Part shown: piece after piece, positions 22,955 through 36,723 of the stretch
Position numbering within the stretch: the first letter of the stretch is position 1
Layout of the letters: each line of letters starts with the position of its first letter
DNA from: Octopus sinensis
Taxonomy: Eukaryota
Reading direction: 5' to 3'
DNA length: 64,000 nt
NCBI RefSeq assembly: GCF_006345805.1
Contig: NC_043024.1
Span: 11,470,001 to 11,534,000, forward strand
Notes under the pieces: model-generated
Seen by the model: the letters and a program-made list of their open reading frames with translations, nothing else
Told to the model about the DNA's origin: nothing
Databases searched by the model: none
Made by a program: the position numbers and the translations under genes

Positions 22955-25900
22955 GAAAGGACATAGCTGTAATCTGACTTTACATTGTACAAATCTTCGG
23001 TGTACTCCATATCATCTTTGCATTGAGGAATATCCTTCAGGTGTTTCCTGTACAACTGAACATAATCAACAAATTCTGCCAGTCTTCCTGGTTTTTGTAA
23101 CAGAGCCTAAAATAAAAACAGACAAAGCAATAAAGAAAAATTTTAAGTTTTCAAAAAATTCATACATTTCATTTTAATATTTCTAATATTTTTTGTATCC
23201 ATTCTTCAAAATTTGGAGGGGGGTGAAGAATTCTTTATCTAGTCTTGGAAAAATTCCACATTATATAATTAACTAGCAGTATCGCCCGGCATTGGTTGGG
23301 TTTGTTTATGTCCCTGTGACTTAGCAGCTTGGCAAAAGAGACTGATGGAATAAGTACCAGGCTTGAAAAAGCAAAAACTACTTGGGTCGATTCATTTGAG
23401 TAAAAGGTGGTGCCCCAGCATGGCCACAGTCCAATGACTGAAACAAGTAAAAAAGCCAAAACATAAACCCTTTTCCCAATGCCTAATATATTTCTTTATT
23501 GCCCACAAGGAGCTAAACACAGAGGGGACAAACAAGGACAGACAAACAGATTAAGTCGATTATATCAACCCCAGTGCATAACTGGTAGTTAATTTATCAA
23601 CCCCGAAAGGATGAAAGGCAAAGTCGACCTCGGCGGAATTTGAACTCAGAATGTAATGGCAGACGAAATACCTATTTCTTTACTACCCACAAGGGGCTAA
23701 ACACAGAGGGGACAAACATGAACAGACAAACGGATTAATTCGATTACATCGCCCCCAGTGCGTAACTGGTACTTATTTAATCGACCTCGAAAGGATGAAA
23801 GGCAAAGTCGACCTCGGCGGAATTTGAACTCAGAACGTAGCAGCAGACGAAATACCTATTTCTTTACTACCCACAAGGGGTTAAAAACAGAGGGGACAAA
23901 CAAGAACAGACAAACGGATTAAGTCGATTACATCGCCCCTAGTGCGTAACTGGTACTTATTTAATCGACCTCGTAAGGATGAAAGACAAAGTCGACCTCG
24001 GCGGAATTTGAACTCAGAACGTAGCAGCAGACGAAATACCTATTTTGTAATACTGTTCCTATTTCTTTATTGCTCACAAGGGGCTAAACATAGAGGGGAC
24101 AAACAAGGACAGACAAATGGATTGAGTTGATTGCCTCGACCCCAGTGCATAACTGGTACTTAATTTATCCACCCCGAAAGGAAAAGGGCAAAGTCGAATT
24201 TGAACTCAGAACATAACGGCAGACGAAATATACGGCTACGCATTTCGCCCGGCGTGCTAACGTTTCTGCCAGCTCGCCGCCTTATCCCCAATCCCTGACC
24301 CCCAGGATGCCCTACCACACCTTTGAGATTTCAGCCATTCTCTTCTGCAGTGTCACAAAGTTCTCGCCTCTTTTGTTGATCACAAAATCGGTTATTTGCT
24401 GATAAATGGCATCGATCCAAGGGACGAGGAATTGGTGAATCCCTGAGCAGTCGAGCCAGATCATTCTATTGGTGCTTGTGACACTGGTGCAACAGGAAAC
24501 GGCCTCCTTCGACATGTCCAACATGGAAAGCTTTTCCTGGAAAGAAAAAAAAGACAAACCAAAAAAATTTTAATTAAGATACAACATTGTAGGCGTAGGA
24601 GTGGCTGTGTGGTAAGTAGGCGGTGCTCCAGCGTGGCACCTTGGGCAAGTGTCTTCTACTATAGTCTCATGCCGACCAAAGCCTTGTGAGTAGATTTGGT
24701 AGATGGAAACTGAAAGAAGCCCGTCGTATATATATATATAATCTATATATATATATATATATATATGGGTGCAGGAGTGGCTGTGTGGTAAGTAGCTTGC
24801 TTACCAACCCCATGGTTCTGGGTTCAGTCCCACTGCGTAGCACCTTGGGCAAGTGTCTTCTACTATAGTCTCGGGCCGACCAAAGCCTTGTGAGTGGACT
24901 TGGTAGATGGAAACTGAAAGAAGCCCGTCGTATATATATATATATATGTATGTATGTGTGTGTGTGTGCATGTTTATGTGTCCTTGTTTGTCCCCCCAAC
25001 ATTGCTTAAGAACTGATGCTGGTATGTTCACGTCCCCGTAACTTAGCGGTTCGGCAAAATAGACCGATAGAATAAGTATTAGGCTTGACTAAAGGCGGTG
25101 CTCCAGCATGGCTACAATCAAATGACTGAAACAAGTAAAAGAGTAAAAGAGTATTGCGCGAATGGTTGCTGAAAAGTTCCTAGCTTTAAGGGTATTATCT
25201 TTTCTACTCTAGGCATAAGGCCTGAAATTTTGGGGGAGGGGTTCAGTCAATCAGATCGACCCCAGTATGCAACTAGTACTTAATTTATCGACCCTGAAAG
25301 GATGAGAGGCAGATGACCTTGGCAGAATTTGAGCTCAGAACATAAAGACAGACAAAATATCGCTCAGTATTTTGTTTGGCGGGCAAATGATTCTGCCAGC
25401 TCACCGCCTTCAGGAAATATGAATAATTATTTCATCTCTAGGTACAAAGCCATGACAAGGACATCTAATTTAGCTATATATATAAAGCTGAAGTTGTCTG
25501 TGTGTGGCAGGTTTGGTAGCCTTCAACTAACACCATCTCCTCCGAGACCCTGCGGCACAAGTTGACCAAAATTGAGAGTATGATAGAAGAAGGCTTGCTC
25601 TTCATTCCATAGAAGAAAAAATTCAAATCAGACCATGATAACACCAAAAATTATTTACATCAAAAAGGTGCTTTTTTTTCTATGAAAATCCCTATTTTTT
25701 ACGATTTTTTGACTGCTGTGTTGCCATTTCTCGGTGTATTTCAACCAGAAAAATGTTCACTTAAAGAGAATAACAAGCTACATAATGCAAAATTTTTACT
25801 TTTCAAAAATTCCAATTCTAAAGGGTTGAAAAGAAAACAAGCCCGAGCAACGCTGGGCGATACTGTTAGTTTAGCTATATAATACAAGGTTTAGATAGTC

Positions 25901-27199
25901 TCTGACAGCCGTTTCTAGGATATCCCAGCAATTGGAACAATAGGTGTCAAGCAAAGATTCCATATGCTCACACCCATTTTTCCCTTGCTCTGGATTACTA
26001 ACTACCATTCTCTCTGATCATGGATTTACCAACGGAATATCCATTTTAACCAGATTTAATTGGATTTCTTCTCCATTTCTAGACTTAATAAACCATGACT
26101 ATCATCAATGTGAAAATTTCTTCCACTGTTACAAATGTTTAATCCATCTCCTTCTTATTTCTTTACTGCCCACAAGGGGCTAAACATAGAGGGGACAAAC
26201 AAAGGGATTAAGTTGATTACATTGACCCCAGTGCATAACTGGTACTTAATTTACCGACCCTGAAAGGATGAAAGGCAAAGTTGACCTCGGCGGAATTTGA
26301 ACTCAGAACGTAGCGGCAGACGAAATACCTATTTCTTTACTACCCACAAGGGGCTAAACACAGAGGGGACAAACAAGGACAGACAAACGGATTAAGTCGA
26401 TTATATCGATCCCAGTGCGTAACTGGTACTTAATTTATCGACCCAGAAAGGATGAAAGGCAAAGTCGACCTCGGCGGAATTTGAACTCAGAACGTAACGG
26501 CAGACAAAATACCTATTTCTTTACTACTCACAAGGGGCTAAACCTAGAGGGGACAAACAGGGACAGACATAGGGATTAAGTCGATTACATGGACCCCAGT
26601 ATGCAACTGGTACTTAATTTATCGACTCCGAAAGGATGAAACACAAAGTTGACCTCGGTGGAATTTGAACTCAGAACATAACAGCAGACGAAATACTGCT
26701 AAGCATTTCGCCTGGCGTGCTAACGTTTCTGCTAGCACGCCACCTTAAATCTATCTCCTTCAGACAACAAGATTACTCAGCGTATGGAATCTTCACTTAA
26801 TGCCTTTAAGTTTTGATTTCAACTGCTGCAAAGGTCAACTTTGCCTTTCATCCTTCTGGGGTCAATTAAATAAGTGAACACCGTGGACAATGTAACCAAC
26901 ATACCCAGCCCCCCTGAAGTCTCTGGCCTTCTGCCAAATGTTGAAACTAATATATCTGTGTGTATACGTGTGTGTGTATGGGATTGGAAATCTCAGGTAA
27001 CTCACCTGTATTGTTTCTGAAGACATGGTTTTTAAATTCACCAAGTCGTCCTCAAGTTCTTTACAAAACTGATAAATATGTTCCAGCCAGCTGCAGTTGG
27101 ACACATATTTCTGTAACTGAGTTATGGCTTCGTCCATCAACTGGTCTTGTATGGCGAGGGTCTTAAAAACTCTGGGCTGGAAGAATATATACGACAAGG

Positions 27200-27261
<62 letters not shown>

Positions 27262-27370
27262 CATATATATGCACATATATATATATATATATATATGCAT
27301 AAACACACACACACACACACATATATATACATATATATATACATACATATATGTATGCATATATATATAT

Positions 27371-27413
<43 letters not shown>

Positions 27414-27707
27414 TAATATATATGTATATATATATACATACATACACATATATATATACATATATATATATATACATACATATATATATATACATACATA
27501 TATATATATATATACATACACATATATACATACATATATATATATACATACACATATATACATACATATATATATATATACATACATACACACACACACA
27601 TATATATACATACATACACACACACATATATACATACATACATACATACACACACACATATATATATATATACATACATACACACACACACATATATATA
27701 TACATAC

Positions 27708-27750
<43 letters not shown>

Positions 27751-30700
27751 CACGCACACACATCATCATCATCATCATCGTTTAACGTCCACTTCCCATG
27801 CTAGCATGGGTTGGAGGATTTGACTGACGACTGACGAACCAGATGGCTGTGCCAGGCTCCAATCTGATTTGGCAGAGTTTCTACAGCTGGATGCCCTTCC
27901 TAATGCCAACCACTCCAAGAGTGTAGTGGGTGCTTTTACATGCCACCAGCACGAGGGCCAGTCAGGCGGTACTGGCAACGGCCACGCTCAAATGGTGCTT
28001 TTTATGTGCCACCTGCATAGGAGCCAGTCCAGCGGCACTGGCAACGACCTCGCTCAAATGTTTTGTTCATGTGCCACCGGCACAAGTGCCAGTTGGGCAA
28101 CGCAGTTAACGATCACACTCAAATGGTGCTTTTTATGTGCCACTGGCACGGAAGCCAGACAGCTGCTCTGGCAGTGATCTCGCTCGGATGGAGCTGTTAG
28201 CGTTCCACTGGCACAGGTGCCAGTCATCGAATTTGATTCAAAGTAAGAGCAGGAAAATTATATCAAAAACTCAGAAAAGATATACGTCCATAATATGAAT
28301 AATATTGTATTGGTAGATAAATAAATAAAGTATGATTATTTAAAAGGTTTGAGACATCTTATGATTGTTTCATCAATGTATTACCCTTTGAAACGAAATC
28401 CAAAATTACTGAACATTATTAGGTAATGCATCCATTTGTCAAAGAAAAGGATGAATTTCTAACCAAAAATCTTCCACCAAACCTTAGTCACAATTTATGT
28501 TCCTAACACTAGCTTAATGATAACCAAGTTATTTTACTAAATTCTTTGTTATATTTAAAATAATTGAAAGAAACACAGAGTATCTCAACAGAAATATGGT
28601 AACAAAAGGGTTAAAATATATAATAGAGAAACAATTCTTAACCCTTTCGTTACCAACCTGGCTGAAACAGTCTCTGGTTCTGAGTACAAATGTCTTGTTT
28701 TCATAAGTTTTGAATTAAAATCTTCCACTAAATCTTAGTCACAATTTATGTTCCTAACACTAGCTTAATGATAACTAAGTTATTTTACTAAATTCTTTGT
28801 TATATTTAAAGTAATTGAAAGAAACACAGAACATCTCAACAGAAATATGGTAACAAAAGGGTTAAAATATATAATAGAGAAACAATTCTTAACCCTTTTG
28901 ATACCAACCCGGCTGAAACCGGTTCTGGCTCTGAATACAAATGTGTTGTTTTCATTAAGGTTTGAATTAAAATCTTCCACTAAATCTTAGTCACCATTTA
29001 TGTTCCTAACACTAGCTTAATGATAACCAAGTTATTTTACTAAATTCTTTGTTATATTTAAAATAATTGAAAGAAACACAGAGCATCTCAACAGAAATAT
29101 GGTAACAAAAGGGTTAAAATATATAATAGAGAAACAATTCTTAACCCTTTTGTTACCAACCTGGCTGAAACAGTCTCTGGTTCTGAGTACAAATGTCTTG
29201 TTTTCATAAGTTTTGAATTAAAATCTTCCACTAAATCTTAGTCACCATTTATGTTCCTAACACTAGCTTAATGATAACAAAGTTATTTTACTAAATTCTT
29301 TGTTATATTTAAAATTAATTGAACGAAACACAGAACCTCAACAGAAATACAGTAACGAAAGGGTTACACAACACTCACAACATTAATAGCAACAGCAATT
29401 GCTACAACAACAAGAACGTTTAGAAAAATATATCTCACTCTTGCAAGACTTTATCTTCCAGGCTTTCCGGGGTGAGAGGGTTGTATTGTCCGAGAAACCC
29501 TTTGCCAATAATTTGAAGAACTTCTTCTCGGGTTTGAAAGAATTCTGGGGTTGCCACACCCATTCTATCTTCCTTCTTGCTTGGTAAATCTGAATGGAAG
29601 GAGGTGAGGAAAGAAGAAATTTAATCATTGCCATCATCATCATCACCATCATCATTTTTGATGTACACTCTTCCATGCTTGTATGGATTGTATGGAATCT
29701 ACCAGGGTAGATTTTCTATGGTTGGGTACCCTTCCTGTCACAAACCCTCACCAGTTTAACAAGTAAGGTAATATTTCCCCAAGACCAGACATGTAATAAC
29801 AACAACAATAATCCTTTCTATTATAGGCACAAGGCCAGCAATTTTAAAGAGAAAGGGAAGCTGTTTACATCAACCCCAATATTCATTTGGTACTTATTTT
29901 ATCAACTCTGAAAGGAAGAAAAGCAAATCTGACCACAGTAGTCTCTGCAAAATACAAAGTTTGAAGCACCAAGTTGTGTCAGCACAGAACAGTATTAGAA
30001 AGGCAGTGAGGTGGCAGAAACATTAGCGAAATGCTTAGCGGTATTTCGTCTGCCGTTACGTTCTGAGTTCAAATTCGACTTTGCCCTTTTCCTTTCGGGG
30101 TGGATAAATTAAGTACCAGTTATGCACTGGGGTCGATGTAATCGACTTAATCCGTTTGTCTGTCCTTGTTTGTCCCCTTGTGAGCAATAAAGAAATAGGA
30201 ACAGTATTACAAGGGGTGTCTATTTATTCTTGGGGCACTTGTGTGTGTGTGTAACGAACTTCCTTGTTGGTTTCAGCATATAAGGATCTGACAAAGCACA
30301 CTTTATTTGTCAGTCATAATACTTATGTCAAAAGTGTCGTTTGAGTCCTTCCAACGATTTGCCAAGAAGCATGCACATGTTGCAAGTGTGTGTATATTTG
30401 CAGCCATTTTACGCCTTTGCTTTCCACCCCTCAGCCTCTTAACGCTGGTTGATACAGTCTTTTGTATCATTTTGACATGACAATCACCTTTTACATACAA
30501 ACTTGTGTGTACTTGGGTCAGTGTTTGTGTTCACAGTTCCACATTCACATCACTATATAACCAATATTGGTTTGCTTACATCCCTGTAACTTTGTCATTT
30601 GGCAAAAAGAGACTGGACAGCATTAGTACCAAACTTTAAAAATGCAAAATAAGTACTTGGGGTTAATTTCTTCAACTAAACCCCTCAAGGCTGTGCCCCA

Positions 30701-33700
30701 GGATGGCCATACCCAACAACTGAAACAAGTTAAAGATAACTTTGTTTGTTCCTTCTCAAGCCATGCCTGGCTCATAAGGGCTGGTTTCCTGGTTTCCTTG
30801 GCGTATAGGTTCCCCACCTGGACGGGACGCCGGTCCATCGCAGGTGAGCTGCAAGATGCAGGAGGAAAGAGTGAGAGAAAGTTTTGGCGAAAGAGTCTGC
30901 AGAAGTTCACCATTACCTTCTGCCGGAGCTGCGTGGACCTTAGGTGTTTTCGCTCATAAACACACACATAGTCCGATCTGAGATTCGAACCTGCGATCCC
31001 TCGACCGCGAGTCTGCTGCTCTAACCACTAGGCCATGTGCCTCCACAGTTGAAGATAACATAAAGAAACAACCTTCTTAAGCCTGTCTCTCTCTCTCTCA
31101 ATCACACCCGCATGCTGCTAAGCTTCCTGACCGTATGTACCCCAAGGGGTACCAATAGCTGTGTGGTGCCATCCCTACCTCTGTGGAGTGATTCCAGCTG
31201 CACGTTCATCTTGATTGCTTCACTGGGGTCATCGGAATGGTTGGTGTAAGGCAAGTTTAACTTGCTCGTGTTGTAGCATTTGGATATGAGGCGGGGGTTG
31301 TTCTGCAGGAACGTAGTGATGCACCTGGAAAGGAAACAAGCAACGTCAGCATCAGCATCTCGGTCATCAGTGTCACTGAGACACTAATACAACTGTCACC
31401 ACAACCACTACCACTACCACCACCACCACCACCACCGCCACCACTACCACAACCACCGCCACCACTACCACGACCACCACCAGAACCACCACCACTACTA
31501 CCACCACCACAACCATCACCACTACCACAAACATCATCACCACCACCACCACCACCACAACCACCACCACTACCACAAACATCATCACCACTACCACCAC
31601 CACCACCACCACAACCACCACCACTACCACAAACATCATCACCACTACCACCACCGCCACCACCGCCACCACCACCACTACCACCACCGCCGCCGCCACC
31701 ACCACCACCACCACCACCACCACCACCACTACTACCACCACCACCACCAACACCACAACCATCACCACTACCACAAACATCATCACCACTACCACCACCA
31801 CCACCAACACTACCACCGTCGCCACCACCACCACCATTACCATCACCACCACCATCGCCACTTACAAGGCTTTGGTTGGCCCGAGGCTATACTAGAAGAC
31901 ACTTGCCCAAGGTGCCACGCAGTGGGACTGAACCCAGAACCATATGGTTGGTAAGCAAGCTACTTACCACACAGCCACTCCTGCGCCATATATATATACA
32001 AGACAGGCTTCTCTTATTTTCCTACTATGAAATCCACTGACAAAGCTTTGGTTGTCCTCGAGCTTTAGTAGGAGACACTTGCCCAAGGTGTCACACCATG
32101 GCACTGAACTCAAGTCTGCATGGTCGGGAAGCGAATTTCTTAGCTCCCGGCCATGCTTGAGCCAACCTACCCATTACAATGCTTCAAGCAAATTAAAGAA
32201 CTCTTTCAACTTACATTGATATCTTGTGCGTGTAAGACGTTGCACTGTCAAGATCCAGGTGGCTGGTCAGGATGTTGAAGGGGGGAGAAACCGGTCGGTC
32301 CAGGGGAATGATTTGGGAGCAGAGCAGCGAATAGCAGCGTTTGAGGGTCTCTGCCAGAAAGTTCTTGCATACTTCTAGGGGCGATGTGATGGCAAGACGA
32401 CCTGAGGGAAGAAAAGAGAACGAAAAGCAAGTTTGTTTTTTTTTGGGATGGAATATTTAATCCAGAATCTTCTGAAGTGTGTGTTGTGCCACTTTAGTGT
32501 GACATTGGTAACCTCTTGGTGCATTGCCAACAATCTCCAGGTGTGTGCATACATGCATCCACCCATCAACCATCATCCAAAGACTCATCCATTCATCCAT
32601 CCACCTACCCATTCATCCATCCACTTACCCGTTCACCCACCCACCTACCCATCCATCCACCCACCTACCCATTCATCCATCCACTTACCATTCATCCCTC
32701 TACCCATCCATCCACCTACCCATTCACCCATCAACCCATTCATCCATCCATCTACCTATTCATCCATCGCCTACCCGTTCATCCACCCGCCTACCCATTC
32801 ATCCACCCATCCACCCATTCACCCATCCGCCTACCCGTTCATCCATCCACCTACCCATTCATCCACCCACCTAACCATTCACCCATCCACCTACCCATTC
32901 ACCCATCCACCTACCCATTCACCCATCCACCTACCCATTCACCCATCCACCTACCCGTTCATCCATCCACCCACCCACCATCCACCCACCTACCCATTCA
33001 TCCATCCACCCATCCATTTGTTCATTCATTCACAAACCAACGGCACAAGAGTACTCAATACCAAAGCAGAGTATAATTATTTATTACACTTGCTCATAAA
33101 GAATTGAAACTTGGAGGAGACATAGCGAGTATTCTCAGTACTACACACACACACACACAGACACGCACACACAAACACACACACACACACAGACACGCAC
33201 ACACAAACACACACACACACACAGACACGCACATACGCACATTCACACACAGACACGCACACACACAGAGATGCATACACATAGACAGACATGCACACAC
33301 ACACACAGACTCAGACATGCCCATACACACACGCACACACCACACATACACCCACACACACAGACAAGCACTCACACACACAGACTCAGACATGCCATAC
33401 AGACACACACACGCACACACACAACACATACAGACAAGCACTCACACACACAGACTCAGACATGCCCATACAGACACACACACGCACACACACACACACA
33501 CACACATACAGACAAGCACTCGCACACACACACACACATACAGACAAGCACTCACGCACACACACACACACACATACAGACAAGCACTCACGCACACACA
33601 CACACACACATACAGACAAGCACTCACGCACACACACACACACACATACAGACAAGCACTCACGCACACACACACACACACATACAGACAAGCACTCACG

Positions 33701-35122
33701 CACACACAAACACCACACACATACAGACAAGCACTCACGCACACACACACACACACATACAGACAAGCACTCACGCACACACACACACCAAACATACAGA
33801 CAAGCACTCACGCACACACACACACACACACTGACAGACAGCACTCACGCACACACACACACACACACATACAGACAAGCACTCACGCACACACACCACA
33901 CACACATACAGACAAGCACTCACACACACACACACACACACCATACAGACAAGCACTCACGCACACACACACCACCACACACACACATACAGACAAGCAC
34001 TCACGCACACACACACACACATACAGACAAGCCTCACGCACACACACACACACACACATACAGACAAGCACTCCACGCACCACACCACACACACCACATA
34101 CAGACAAGCACTCACACACACAGACACACACACATACAGACAAGCACTCACGCACACACACACACACACACATACAGACAAGCACTCACGCACACACACA
34201 CACAACATACAGACAAGCACTCACACACACACACACACACACATACAAGACAAGCACTCACGCACACACACACACACACACATACAGACAAGCACTCACG
34301 CACACACACACACACACACACATACAGACAAGCACTCACGCACACACACACACACACACATACAGACAAGCACTCACACACACACACACACACACACATA
34401 CAGACAAGCACTCACGACACACACACACACACACATACAGACAAGCACTCACGCACACACACACACACACACATACAGACAAGCACTCACACACACACAC
34501 ACACACACATACAGACAAGCACTCACGCACACACACACACACACACACATACAGACAAGCACTCACGCACACACACACACACACACATACAGACAAGCAC
34601 TCACGCACACACACACACACACACATACAGACAAGCACTCACACACACACACACACACACATACAGACAAGCACTCACGCACACACACACACACACATAC
34701 AGACAAGCACTCACGCATACACACACACACACACATACAGACATGCACTCACACACACACACACACACACACATACAGACAAGCACTCACGCACGTGTAC
34801 ATGTGCACAGAAGCAAAGACAAATGACTGAAACATCTAAAACCAAAGTTAGTAAGGAAAGCGTGACCATCTCACCTTCTTGGAATGTCAGTTCTACAGCA
34901 AAGAACCCAGGTAGTTGCTCTCCCACGTTTTGCAGAAGGATATTCTTCACAAACGTCTTTACTTGATTCAAACAGATGAGATAGAGGTTTTCTATGATCA
35001 TCTGGTAGACCAGCAGAACAAAGTTACCAAGATGACTGAAATATAGTAATAACAACAATAATAATAATAATAATGATAATAATAATAATGATCGTAATAA
35101 TAATAATAATATAATAATAAAA

Positions 35123-35169
<47 letters not shown>

Positions 35170-35353
35170 GATAATAATAATGATAATAATAATAATATAA
35201 TAATGATAATAAGTAATGATAATAATAATAATAATAATAATAATAAGATAATATAATGATAATAATAATGATAATAATTGATAAATAATAATAATATAAT
35301 AATAATGATATAATAATAATAATAATAATGATAATAATAATAATAAGAATAAT

Positions 35354-35387
<34 letters not shown>

Positions 35388-35512
35388 TAATAATAATGAT
35401 AATACAATAATAATAATAATAGTAATAATAATAGTAATAATAATAATAATAATAATAATAGTATTAATAATATAATAATAATAATAATAATAATAATATG
35501 ATAATAATAATG

Positions 35513-35546
<34 letters not shown>

Positions 35547-35838
35547 TAATATAATAATAATGATAATAATAATGATATAATAATAATAATAATAATAATG
35601 AGATAATAATGAGTAATAATAATAATAATAATAATATAATAATAATAATAATGATATAATAATAATAATATATAGTAGTAGTAATAATAATATAAAATAA
35701 TAATAATAATAAAATAATAATAATAATAGTAATAATAATAATAATAATAATAAAATAATAATAATAATGATAATAATAATGATAATAATAATAATAATAA
35801 TGATAATATAATGATAATAATAATAATAATAATAATAA

Positions 35839-35886
<48 letters not shown>

Positions 35887-35985
35887 GTAATAATAATAAT
35901 AAGAATGATAATAATAATGATAATAATAATAATAATAATAATAGTAATAATAATAGTATAATAATAATAATAAAAAAATAAAATA

Positions 35986-36030
<45 letters not shown>

Positions 36031-36227
36031 TGATAATAATAATGATAATAATAATAATAATATAATATAATAATGATAATAATAATAATAATGATAATAA
36101 TAATGATAATAATAATAATAATAATAATAATGATAATAATAATGATAATAATAATAATAAAATAATAATAATAATGATAATAATAATGAATAATAAGAAT
36201 AATAATAATAATAATATAATAATAATG

Positions 36228-36260
<33 letters not shown>

Positions 36261-36318
36261 TGTAGTAAGTAATAATAATAATAATAATAATATAATAATA
36301 ATAATAATAATAATAAAG

Positions 36319-36358
<40 letters not shown>

Positions 36359-36612
36359 GATAATAATAATGATAATAATAATAATATAATGATAAAAATA
36401 ATGATAATAATAATAATAATAATAATAGTAATAATATAATAATAATAATAATAATAATAATATAATAATAATAAGTAATAATAATAATAATAAGAATAAT
36501 AATGATAATAATAATGATAATAATAATAATAATAATAAAATGATAATAATAATGATAATAATAATAATAATATAATAATAATAATAATGATAATAATAAT
36601 GATAATATAATA

Positions 36613-36643
<31 letters not shown>

Positions 36644-36645
36644 AA

Positions 36646-36682
<37 letters not shown>

Positions 36683-36690
36683 TAATAATG

Positions 36691-36723
<33 letters not shown>

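Noticed and set aside
27920-28230. CRISPR-like alternation of a 25-bp motif (GGTGCTTTTTATGTGCCACCGGCAC) with about 40-bp spacers
   Set aside because: The spacers are homologous to each other, the array is internal to SINE-like family D, the genome is eukaryotic, and there are no cas genes.
29399-29587. Plus-strand 62-aa ORF resembling a coiled-coil protein
   Set aside because: Antisense shadow of dynein exon 19.
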